From Basidiobolus meristosporus CBS 931.73 (lineage: Eukaryota > Fungi > Basidiobolomycota): a stretch of DNA of 64,000 nucleotides. Shown here piece after piece: positions 38,786 through 50,300 of this stretch (positions are counted from its first letter, which is position 1; the number at the start of each line of letters is the position of its first letter). The stretch is taken from NCBI GenBank assembly GCA_002104905.1, contig MCFE01000040.1, forward strand, positions 62,001 through 126,000, read 5' to 3'. The notes beneath the pieces are model-generated. The model saw only the letters and a program-made list of their open reading frames with translations, was not told where the DNA came from and ran no database searches. A program made the position numbers and the translations under genes.

Positions 38786-39733
38786 CCAGACCAGAAAAGG
38801 CAATGTTGGGTCCATTTGAGTTCTTGCCAAATGATTTCAGTATGGCCCAAGTGTCTATGATGAGCCTTCATACAGATATTTGTGCCCTACTCATTAATCT
38901 AGCAGAACTAGATACCTTGGAGAGTCTACAGAGATGGAAGAATCTGAGTAGAAAGCTGTGGCATGAGTTCTACATCAAGATGCCAGCAGATGCATGTAAG
39001 AAGATATATAACAAGACAAGTATTGAAGTCAAGAATGAGCTGAGAGTGAGGGGATTTGATGAGGAAGCCGCATGGGAACAATTTTGCCCACAATTTGCAC
39101 AGTACAGGCCGGACATGTCTGTTTTTGCCTCAACTTAGGGAACCAAAGAGATCTTGAATGAGTTTTTGCCTTAAATGACTAATGTATTACATGATATATT
39201 AGTAGAGCTAAGTGGTTTCCAAGAGCAATATATGCAGGACTCATCCAGGCAATAGTTGCAAAGTATTAGACAGAGGGTAAGTGAATACCTTGAGGATTCA
39301 GAAGGTGAGCTTCAAGAGGAAGAATACAGACCACAAGCAACATTGTCTAGATTGCACCAGCATGCCTTGCCGGATTCCTTACCATCCCTTGCAACTTCAG
39401 CATGCCAGCGCATGTCAGTCCAAACTATGCCAACACCCTTCACATGAGTGCCCTGCATTAACTCAACACGTATTGGGTCAACATGTGAGCTTCAGAGCAA
39501 AACCACCCAAACCCGCCAACCTGCTCACAAAGACACAAGTCCATTGGAGTGGGTCAAGTTGCATCAACAAGCAGCATCACATTGAACTCAGCCAAGTGCC
39601 ATGCCAGCATATCAAGTTGCGTCTGCATGTGCCACTACACCTGACCATCAGCAAGTTTCTTCTGGTGAACTGACAGATGATGACCCACATGAAGTGCCTC
39701 CAACACCAGAGCCTTTGGCAAGTAAAAGAACGC

Positions 39734-40536
39734 TGTGGTGGTGTAGAGGTACTCCTGGGAGAAGCTACACAACTCAAGGTGTGTGATGTGTCTGATGGGT
39801 GCAATAACCTCTGTGTCTAAACTGCTGGTGTCTTTGTCAATATGTCACTATGGTAAATGCTCCTGCTTCTCTAGCTTCCTAGGTGCTCCAAGTGTCTCCA
39901 AAGGCCTCTGTGTGTCTTGTGCACTACCCTGAAAAGCTCCTTAATGGCAGGTCTCTGATGTACTGTTGAAGGCAGGTGCAGTGATCAACTGCTAATCAAT
40001 AAGGTAGAAGTGTTACTGATAGAAGGGATGATTTATTGATGAGGGATTGCTTTCCCTTAAGTACTTTTCCTTATTGCCAAGTGATTACTAATGACAAGGC
40101 TCTAGAAGATTCTAGGTATCAGTGGAATTCTTGATGACATCACTATGAGCTAAAAATATGCCAAGAATGTCCTGGAAGGTTCTAAAAGGCACAGCACATT
40201 TACCAATCAGGAATCAGTAGTCTGAAGCCTGTGCAACATAGAAATACCATATATGGTATTGAAATGATAGAGATGGTAACACAGACTTAGGTCATGTGTC
40301 AAGGGTACTGACACGGGTACTTGCCTTATGTAGATACATATACTGATCACAAAGCTGGATAACATCTGGGATAACTAATGCTAATAGCTAATCAGGATAA
40401 ACATCAAATGGAGATAATACTGATAATATGGGCAAAAGAAGAGTAGGATAATACTGATAAGATAAAATATGGATAAGTATATCATAATGACTATATGAGT
40501 AAACTTGTCTGTGGGAGGTATGTTTACCCTACCACA
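39734..40536 (-). repeat. Solo LTR, family L3
   Basis: 803 bp, inverted homolog of 18901-19703, TSD ACGC/ACAT. Confidence 0.88.
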
Positions 40537-42092
40537 ACATGTCAGCATGTAGCACTGCAGGCAGGCTTAATTGCATCATCTGGAGCAACTCAGCACAGCC
40601 AATCTGCAGCATTGCACTCATCAACTAGGAGGCAAAATACTGACTACAAATACACAAGTAGCCAAGAGGATAGTCAACAAGAAAGTAGTTTAGGTGTGCA
40701 AAGTGAATCACTACCAAATGCTTCAGTAGTAATCCCTGTGAGAAAAAAGTCTAGGAGAAGATGATGCAATTGCATTGAATCACTATTATTTGTAATGATC
40801 CAAACAACACTTTTTTTTTGCAATCCACATTGAGCCATTGCAAATCAGTGATCACTAAATTTTTGATATAAGCAATAGTAAGGTTGCCTCACATTTGAGA
40901 CAGGACCCCTATAAATAAACACCCTGCATATGTATACAGCATCTGTGGCACCAGTGCAGCCATTTGATATGATTGCACCCATAGAATCAGTTTTGTGCTA
41001 GCTATGACACCTTGTCCATTCACTAGGATCAGGGATTTACTTGCTTAATAGGCAAAATGGGATTTTTGATGGCAAATCAGGTAGCTTGTGTATTGGTCAA
41101 AGAGCCAATTAGGGGCTGAAAGCTTCAGGATACTTTTGGACCAATTGGCCACTGTGATACCATCCAATTGGAGTGATGGCAACCAAAATGGTAAGTATCA
41201 GTGTAGTTTATAGTGTGATATACATTTATTTCCATTTAGATTAAAGAAACATATCCAAATACCGGATTTTACCTACAATAATAGTGGTATCCAATTGTGC
41301 ATGTGATGCAATCATTACAAGTGGGTGCAATCACTTGTGCCAACCTCATTGCGCCAGATTGTGCCATAGTGTGCAAGATTGCCCTGCATGGTGCAAAATT
41401 GTCCAAGAGTGATCCTGCCTACTGGTAGCTACAATATTGCACCCAATTGTTCTTAGAGACCATGGATTGCACCGCGTGCCCTGGCACAGTACAATGGAAC
41501 AAGTTTTTAGTGTATGGATGTGAACCAAGGATTCCAGGAGATCTCACACAACCAAAGCTTACGGACGCCTTAGAAGATGAACTCAGTTAGCCAAGTAGAC
41601 ACCAGCAACTGGAACAAAGATTTCAAGAGGCGCAGACCACAGTATCTCAAAGTGCAGAGAAGATGAAGCAGAGATTTGATAAGACTATAGCCCCAGAAGC
41701 ACTGACAGTTGGGAACTTTGTATTACTAAGAAACAACACTTGGTAGAAGTTTGAGCCACAATGGACAGGACCATTCAAGATTATCAGAGAATGTCCATTT
41801 GCAACTTACCAACTAGTGGACAAACAAGGCAATATCCGGGAAGGCTAAGTGCATAGGGACAGACTCAAGCTTGCAAGACTTGCTGATAATACTGAACCAT
41901 CAAGATATTGGTATCACAAGAAAAGAGATTCCGGAGAACCCTTTCAACTTTAGTAGGAGAGAATGTTATGATCTGCCGCTTGAATTTTTAAGTTAGCTCA
42001 GTTTCTGGAGAACCCTTTGGACTTTAGTAGGGGAGAATGTTATGATTGGCCGCTTGAATGTTTAAGTTAGCTCAGTTTTTAGTCAAATCAAT

Positions 42093-42826
42093 AGACTTGT
42101 TCCGTTGGATAGTGCCACATTGAACCATGAGTGCCAAATGATGCCATAGTGTGCCAGAGAGGCCAAGTGAGCCACTACCTGGCCACAGAGTATGAAACAT
42201 AGCTCTGCATCTTCATGCAAAGTAGCCCCTGTGTTTCACCCATTGTGTTTGAGAAAATCCATTTTTTGACCTTTTTTTTTGGATCAATGTTGTGCAGGAT
42301 GTGTTAGAGCACAAGCAGATTGAAGATATGCATCTGGTACTCAATACCCATGGCACTCTGAATCTAGCTCCTGTAGCTTGTATCATGTCACCAAAATGAA
42401 TGGCACTATCTTGGTCCACTGGTACTATCTGGCACTATAAGTGCTTTGTATAGATCTTACTTTAGGGCTAATATTTAAATATAGTGCCAGATAGTACCAG
42501 TGGACCAAGATAGTGCCATTCATTTTTGTGACATGATACAAGCTACAGGAGCTAGATTCAGAGTGCCATGAGTATTGAGTACCAGATGCATATCTTCAGT
42601 TCTCCTGTGCTCTAACACATCCTGAGCTACATTGATCCACAAAAAAAGGTCAAAAAATGGATTTTCTCCTGCGCAATGGGTGAAACACAGGGGCTGCTTT
42701 ACATGAAGATGCAGAGCTATGTTTCACACTCTGTGGCCATGTATAGGCTCACTTGGCCTCTCTGGCACACTATGGCATCATTTGGCACTCATGGCTCAAT
42801 GTGGCACTATCCAACAGAACAAGTCT
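42093..42826. mobile_element. Foldback MITE inserted in the B 3' LTR
   Basis: 734 bp. Arms ~42093-42439 and ~42480-42826 are near-perfect inverted repeats around a ~40-bp loop. TSD AAT. Confidence 0.95.
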
Positions 42827-43149
42827 AATTAGTTGAATGTATAACTTATCAGTATATTAGTATTTTTTATCAAATTAATGGCATTAGTTGGCAAATGAAT
42901 CAGCAGATCCTTATGAGACCAAAATAGATATATTAAGTAGGATCTTATTGGATAATGATGATGCAATCAAATGAGTCATCAGCCACAGCCTACATTAGGA
43001 AATACAATTAGTCAGCAATTGATATGGCAAAATGTATACAAGGGGCTGCTGGAACCTCTATTAAGATCAGTTTAAGTTTTAATGAATACCATGCTAGCTA
43101 AACTCCCTATTCCAATACAACTCTTATACCAAGACTTGTAACATGTGCA

Positions 43150-45150
43150 AAGACTGTTAAAAAAACCTCACTCTAGATTTCACATAAAACTTGGTCAAAA
43201 TATTTCATTACTGCAATACCTTAGTGGCTTTAAATTGTTCCTCTGCCAATTTTCTCACTTTCTGATCCTGGACACTCAATCACCCCCAACATTTGTATAT
43301 ATTGATTTGCTATTGCCTCTTTTCACACTCCTTACTTCCTGAGACAACAAATTTGCTTACCTCCCACACATAGAGATTGGTTTATTTCCACCAAAGCTTT
43401 AGTTGTACCACAATTACAAGTTGTATTGACCTACACAAATCCCTGTACCTAACACTTACATCAAACTCAGCCCCATACTCAACAAGTAACTCCAATAAAA
43501 TTCATCATTCAATAAATATTTCTGCTGCAACACACTTTTTCCTTGACTTTGGAGGGCACCCTGCAGCTTTATGCCACTGTTCATTCACTTGTTCCAATAC
43601 ATCCTGATCCTGATCAGCTATTACAATCCTGCTTGGAGACCATCATAATGCCAGCAGCTTGGAATTAGTAACCCTCTTGACAATCTTATGATGGTATCAT
43701 GACAGTGTTTTACTGATATTACTGCCAAATAAATTATAAACTTGATAGGGTTTGATTGTGCCATGACAATAATTGCATGGTATTGTTGCAGTTCTGATGT
43801 GCTCTATAACTATATTAAATGCTTCCAACTGGCCAGTGCATCCAATTGCCTTATATAGCAAGAAACGTCACAGTATTTTGATGGCCTCACCGCAAGTCTC
43901 TGATAGCATTATCATGGCAGTCTGGCTGCCAGTAGCTATTTCTGTTTAATGCCACCTTACCAATTTACCAAATGGTATTTCCTTTTTCTATCTCCCCTTG
44001 TGCAATTTGTATATTCCATTGTAGAATCACCCCTCTTTATTTGCTTACCCACTACCACCTTGGGTATTCTACATATAGTTTGAATCAGAAAATACCATGG
44101 CCTCCTGCTTACTAACCTCTACAAATGTGCATACCTGCTGCAATTGACATACTTCTATCAACCCAACTTTAAGATCTTTTAGTGTGATACTTGCAAAGTT
44201 TCCATTTACCTTGTAATGATGCTTACATATATATCTTGCAAACATATTCTTGGTTGTCACCACCTCTGCTTTGAATACCTTCTGAATATCCACAAAGAAC
44301 TCTTTGGTTTTTAACCAATAAGAGTTTGTAATGGGATTTGAGTGGCTATACTACAGACATAAAGCTGAACATTTAGATATCAGTTGCTACTGTATCCACT
44401 TGCTACTCCATCTTGCATGGTGTGTTGAGAATATTAGACCTTGCTTCACCTTTTAGGAGCTTCCTATGGAGTGGATGCATGGGGATATAGGAAGACAAGT
44501 CTAGTTTCAGGTACTACCATATCCCAATCTCATGAAGAGTGTTGCCTTCATGTCAGTAATTGATGTACCATATTCTAATCTCATCAAGAATATTACCTTC
44601 AAGTCCGTCATGGATGTGATCAGTTGGTCCATGGGGGACAGCCAGGAAGAGGTTGGAAATACTGAGGACGGATGCTCTCATGGAGACACCTAGGCCTATG
44701 GCATTAAGAAGCTAAGCAGCCCCAATGCATGGGTAATCATTCCAGTAATGCAAAGTTGGGTAGGGTGCAACAAGCAACTAATCTTTATTTGGAAAACTCT
44801 ACCAAGATATGCCAGATTTCTCTTGGTCACAAGCAAACCTCTACACAATTGACTACAGAGTTCACACAAACAAGAGCCCAAGCTCACCTATAAGGGGGAC
44901 TAGAATCCAGCAGGTAGAAGGAATATTTTGGCTTAATACAAAGAAGTTCTTTGCAGATATTGAGGAGGTATTCATGGCAGAAGTGGTGGCAACCAAGCAT
45001 ATGCTTGCAAGATGTGTATGTTACCAGCAATACAAGGTATATAGCAACTTTGCACACATCACACTAAAAAGCCGTAAAGTTGAGGTCATAGAAGTATGTC
45101 AATTACAGCAGGTATGCATGCTTGTAAATGTTAGTATGCATGAGGCCATA
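43150..45150. pseudogene. Family X/Y fragments, head-to-head (minus ~43150-44330; plus ~44790-45150)
   Basis: ORFs 44069-44293 (-) and 44809-45240 (+) share the X frame. Confidence 0.6.
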
Positions 45151-47347
45151 GTTTTAAGAACTGAATATTTGACCTTAAATTACATATGCTTTGGCACAGG
45201 AGAATTGGGCACATCAATCTTGATTATTTGCGCAAAATGATCAAAGACCAGCTAATTTCCACTGTGAAAATTGATCCCCCAGCTAATTTTGTGCACTTTG
45301 AAGCCTGCATAAATGGGAAACAAGCCAGATAGCTGTTCAAGAGCTCTGGGTTAATCAAGACTAAGAAAAAATTAGATCTTATTCACTCAGATCTGTGTGG
45401 ACCTATGCAAAGTTTATCCTTAGATGGGATGAAGTATTCAATCACTTTATTGATGATTATACAAGATACATGTTGATCTTCTTCATGAAGAGAAAAAAAG
45501 AAGCTCTGTCTAAGTTCAGGGAGTTGAGAGTCATGGTGGAGAGAGAGGCTGGTGAAAAAATCAAGAAAATATGCTCTGAAAATGGTGGAGAATATACCTC
45601 AAAACTCCTCATCCACTTATGCAAAGCTCATGGGATAGAGTAAGGGACTACTGTACCATACTCACCACAGCAAAATGGAGTAGCAGAATGGGCAAACAGA
45701 TCAATAATCAATATGGTAAGATCTCTGATCCATTATCAAAAATTATCCTATAAATTTTGGGTGGAATTAGTATCCATAGCTGTATACCTTAAAAATAGGC
45801 ATTATAACAAAACATGATCCCAAAAGTGTAAAATGAAAATTTTTGGGCTACTGCAACAAGAGTAAAGCATACAGACTCTACCATACCAAAGCAAAGAAGC
45901 AAATCAAGTCCAGCAATGTGTTGTTTGATGAAAATGCACAATTTTCACAAATAAAAACATCAGATTATGACAAAGATCTGATCCCAAGTCCACCAATTGT
46001 CAGAATTGAATAATAGCAAAACAATGAGAATTTTTTGACTCCAGAGGACTCCACAACCATGGTTCAGCCTAAGACAGCACCCAGGAATATCCCAGAAGTG
46101 AGCATTCCTGTATCAAATGCCTGGAGATCCAATTGGACAAGAAATAGCCCAAATTACTACATCAATGAGGGTACAAACTTAGCCTATGCCTATTCAGTCC
46201 ATATGGATGAACTGCAGACTGTAAAAGAGGCCCTAAATAGCCCTCAGACAAAGTTTTGGAGATCTGCAATGAATGAGGAATATGAGGCCCTGATGGAAAG
46301 TCAAACTTGGGACTTGGTCAAATTACCAATCAACCAAAAATCATTTGGATGCAGATAGGTCTTCAGGACAAAATACAAGGCTGATGGTCAAATTGAATGA
46401 TACAAAGCAAGACTTGTGGCCAAAGGATACTCTCAAACAAAAGCAGATTTTTGGAAACTTAAAGCAGCTGCTGATATCTGCTTAAGATACACTTATAAGG
46501 ATTTAGAACAGGATCTTGTGGGATACTCTGATACTGATTGGGGACAAAGTTTGGAAGACAGAAGATCTACCTCAGGATACACCTTTCTCTACTGCAAAGG
46601 AGAAATTTCATGGAATTCAAGAAAGCAACTACCTGCAGCACTTTGTATCACAGAGGCAGAGTATATGGCAGCCTGTGAAGCTACAAAAGAAGCAATGTGG
46701 TTAAGAAAACTCTTTACAGATTTAGACCTATGTCAAAAAACACCTATTACTTTATTCCAAGATAATCACAGATGTATACAATTAGATAGAAATCCAACTT
46801 TTCATGCTAGAACTAAGCACATAAATATTAGACATCATTTCATACATGAAGCTATAGAGAATACCTTAGTTAGCTTAGTTTACTGTCCTTCAGATGAAAG
46901 GATTGCGGACATATTTACCAAACCATCAGCTAAAGACAAATTTGAATATCTTAGGTCAAAATTAGGACTAGTCTGTATAAACACTTTGCTGAGTGGGAGT
47001 ATTGAAACAATTTGTAATTCCACCTAACTACTCACCTAAATTAGTCATTTAGATCATTATCTTCAAATCATAGAAAATACTGACCAAATTTCTTGTTGGA
47101 TTTACTTAGAATATTTTCACCAAAATACCAGGTACCCAGAACATGAAAATTCTCAAAGTTGTCCAAACTGCCCCATACTTTGCACACATGCACTTGGGAC
47201 CTTCCTTAATCTATTCTACATGTTTGTTATGCCAAGACCGTGTAGAAGTATAAATACTATGCTTACATTCAATCAATCATTATGTGAAAACCACATTGTC
47301 TACTAGTCCTCCTAACCACTTCCAATATGTCCAAGACTCTGACAACA
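45150..47347 (+). mobile_element. Internally deleted Ty1/copia (copia E) with 3' LTR 47000-47347
   Basis: gag-to-preintegrase deletion junction, partial integrase, RT start fused to RNase H (ORF 46416-47027), PPT GCTGAGTGGGAG. Confidence 0.9.
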
Positions 47348-50300
47348 CATAGTAGCTCTCTAGGACCCAACAAGATTTACCCAAAGATTTGAGCCATTAT
47401 ACACTCATTGAAAGGAGACTACCAATATGGACAAGATTAAAACATTAACCTATCTACCCAGAATGAATTCTAGGCCATTACCACTTTCACATGGAGCCCC
47501 ACACTTTGATAGGAAGAATGTCAAAAGCTTCATATTTAAGTGGGAGAAGCTCTGCAAGATGTGCAGCCACTGTGAACAAGAAATGGCTGAAGACTTCTCC
47601 TACTACTGCACCAATGATATTACCACTAAGCTTCTCAGACAAGGAGACATTCTCACATACTGGGCCTTAATGAAGACCTACCTACAAGCCAAGTATGGTA
47701 GACCCCAAATATACTACATAATTGAAGATCTAAGAAACTTTGGTAGAACTGGGCTTTCTAAGCTACCATTCAAAGAGTTCACTCAACAGTATGAAGACAC
47801 AGCCAAGCCACTCCTAGAGTCCTAAGCTACAGCTGAGTTTAGCATGACACTTTACCTTGCATAAGGACTTCCCCAGGACTTGGCAGAGAAAATTGACCTA
47901 TATGCAGCCAAGGATGACAAGTCAGGCATTCTATGCTTTGCAGAGATGAAACCTGTTCTCCTAGAGGCAAAAAAGACTTTCACCTTTAGGAGACTCTTGA
48001 AGTCTAATCTGCCAGACCAGTTGACCAAGGAGCCAAGGAGTGCTGCTATTTACAATCAAAGCTTTCCTACTGACAGAATTGACCAACTTGCTTGACAGTT
48101 GCAAAAGCTAACCCTCAAGACTGATGGGTCAGCTGAAGCAACTACTGAGAGCCAAAGACCTTTACCCAAACACTGCATCTGGTGTGATTTTACTCAGCAT
48201 GCCAGAAGAGAAAGCTCAGAGCTTAGTCAATTGCTTAGAGAAGGAACTGTGCAGTTTGATACTGATGGAATGCTTGCTGACAAGGAAGGAAGAAGGATCC
48301 CTACCAGTTTCCAAAGAGGGGGATGAGAGCCCTTTTCCAGAAATCCAACTCAGCAACCAGAAAAATTACAGTTGATGCCCCTATTGGGACTCATACAGTG
48401 AGTCCAATCAGTCTTGATAATAGACAATACAAAGTTGATGCCTTTGCTACCAAAAGACAACTTTCTGTAGAACCTGTCAAACCCGTCTTCAGAAGACCAC
48501 AATTTGAAGAGCCTGAAGTTGTCATTGACAAGAGGCCTACCTTGCCACCCACCCACACACATTGAACCCATGGACACTCATATAATGCAGACAAGCCATG
48601 AAGACCACAAAAAGGATGATGACAGTACTGGGTATAAGACCTTTGACTCAGCTGCAACTGCTGTGGTTAAAGGATACATATATGAATACCATGTAGACTG
48701 CCATATTGATAGTAGTTTAGAGATTTGGATTATGCCATTAGACTTCTGGAAGACACTTAGAAGCAAGGAGCTACCACCTGTTGCTAGAGATATTGGATGG
48801 GACATGACTGATGCAAACTCAGGATCTAGTCCATGTTGTGGTGTAGTGCACAAGTTCCCTATTGAGGCACAAGGAATCAAGGTCTGGTTTCCCCACTCTA
48901 TCTGCCAGAAGGCAAACTTTGACCTTCTGCTAGGTAGGCCATGGGAGCCAGTGCTAAGGCCACAACTACCAACTATTCCAATGGGTTAGTGTGGTACACT
49001 ATACAAGGATCAAACCCAGGATTACTGTTGATCTTCTGTGGTGTAGCACCCAACAATAAGAGGAAACATACTGCCTGCCAGAAGATGCATCTTGCTTTCC
49101 AAGAAGACAAGGAGCCTGACAATATACACCCCAACATTTGGAGCTGCTCATTATGTATACAGGAGCAGACAGCCATAGTTTGAACAAAATAAAAGACAGT
49201 TGAACAGAAGATTAGACAATAACTTACACCTTTGACTGATGGATCTTGACCTGCTGATTACATCAGACCACCAGAAGAAACACCAGAAGATATACAACTT
49301 ACACCTGAAAGACTAAAGCAACTTATCATTGGTGACGGAAACCTAACACCAGAGGAGATCCTATTATTTGAAGAAACCTTGAAAAGGCATGATAAGGTCT
49401 TCTCATATAATGATCTCTACTCATGATATGACCAGATTCCTCTAGATGAGATAGCAAGAGATATGTGTGCACTCCAGACACCTTTTGTACTGTTTAGGAT
49501 GACAAGACTCAGCCAAGGGGCCACAAACTCTGTGGCTCAGTTTCAGAGATGCATGGTGAATGTGCTCTACAAGTTCATACCTTAGAAACTTGCAGTCTTT
49601 GTTATTGACATAGGCATCAAAGGACCAAAGTTCTGGGACACCACTGAAGTCATGCCTGGAGTAAGAAAGTTTGTCTATAACCCCATTCTGGACAATGATG
49701 CTATATTATGAGCCATTGAAGAAGCAGGACTCACCATCAGTGGTGAGAAGAGCAGCTTTGGTGTATCAGAGATATCTATAGTTGGACATAGATGCAACAC
49801 TTATGGTCACTTGCCTGGAGACTCCAAGACACAAAAGATATGAAACTGGCCCACTCCCACAAACCTGATCCAAGCTTGTAGCTTTGTGGCAGCTAGTGGG
49901 TTCTTTAGAATCTGAATACCAAGATTTTATGAATTGCAGAACCAATTTTGTGGCTACAAACAAGGAATTCCCCATTTATATGGGGAGAGGAACAAGAAGA
50001 TGTGTGATAATGGAAAGTATTCCATTACTACAATATCTCTAAACCAATATTGCACTCATTTCTTTATTTTGCTTTTTGCTATTGTAACACACAAGTGAAA
50101 GATCAAGAATTTCCAACTTTGAAGAACAAATGCTCCAGACCCTGAAAAGCAATCCACCTAAGAATACTATGTCATACAGAACACGTAGTAGCCAACACAT
50201 GTTTCAAGTTACAGCTCATTTGAAGCAGTACTCAAGGAGTTATGACCAAAAGAGTCCAACTATTATATATACTATGCCTTATTGCTAGGATTACTATGGT

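Larger units (their letters stand above)
37635..40764 (+). pseudogene. ORF2 of the DNA transposon (unknown; weakly Myb/SANT-like), split by two solo LTRs
   Basis: After removing the L2 LTR, ATG 37635 reads in frame into ...LQRWKNLSRKLWHEFYIK... and on, with a few stops, through 39256-39447 and 39601-39733. Homologous remnants lie in copies 1 and 2. Confidence 0.65.
35844..41506 (-). mobile_element. IS5/PIF-Harbinger-like DNA transposon, copy 3 (best preserved; three nested solo LTRs)
   Basis: TIRs AGACTTGTCCC / GGAACAAGTTT. TSD TTA (35841-43, 41507-09); removing the element restores integrase TACTTAGT. Confidence 0.92.
31817..43143 (+). mobile_element. Degenerate Ty3 element B (same family as I) carrying nested insertions
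   Basis: gag-pol collinear with element I from just after the PBS (31817) to 35843, resuming at 41507. PPT and 3' LTR 42038-43143. The 5' LTR is not identified. Confidence 0.92.

Noticed and set aside
38692-38790. N-terminus of ORF 38692-39138 as a real fusion gene
   Set aside because: The first ~32 codons are L2 LTR sequence that happens to be in frame. The true ORF2 start reconstructs to 37635.
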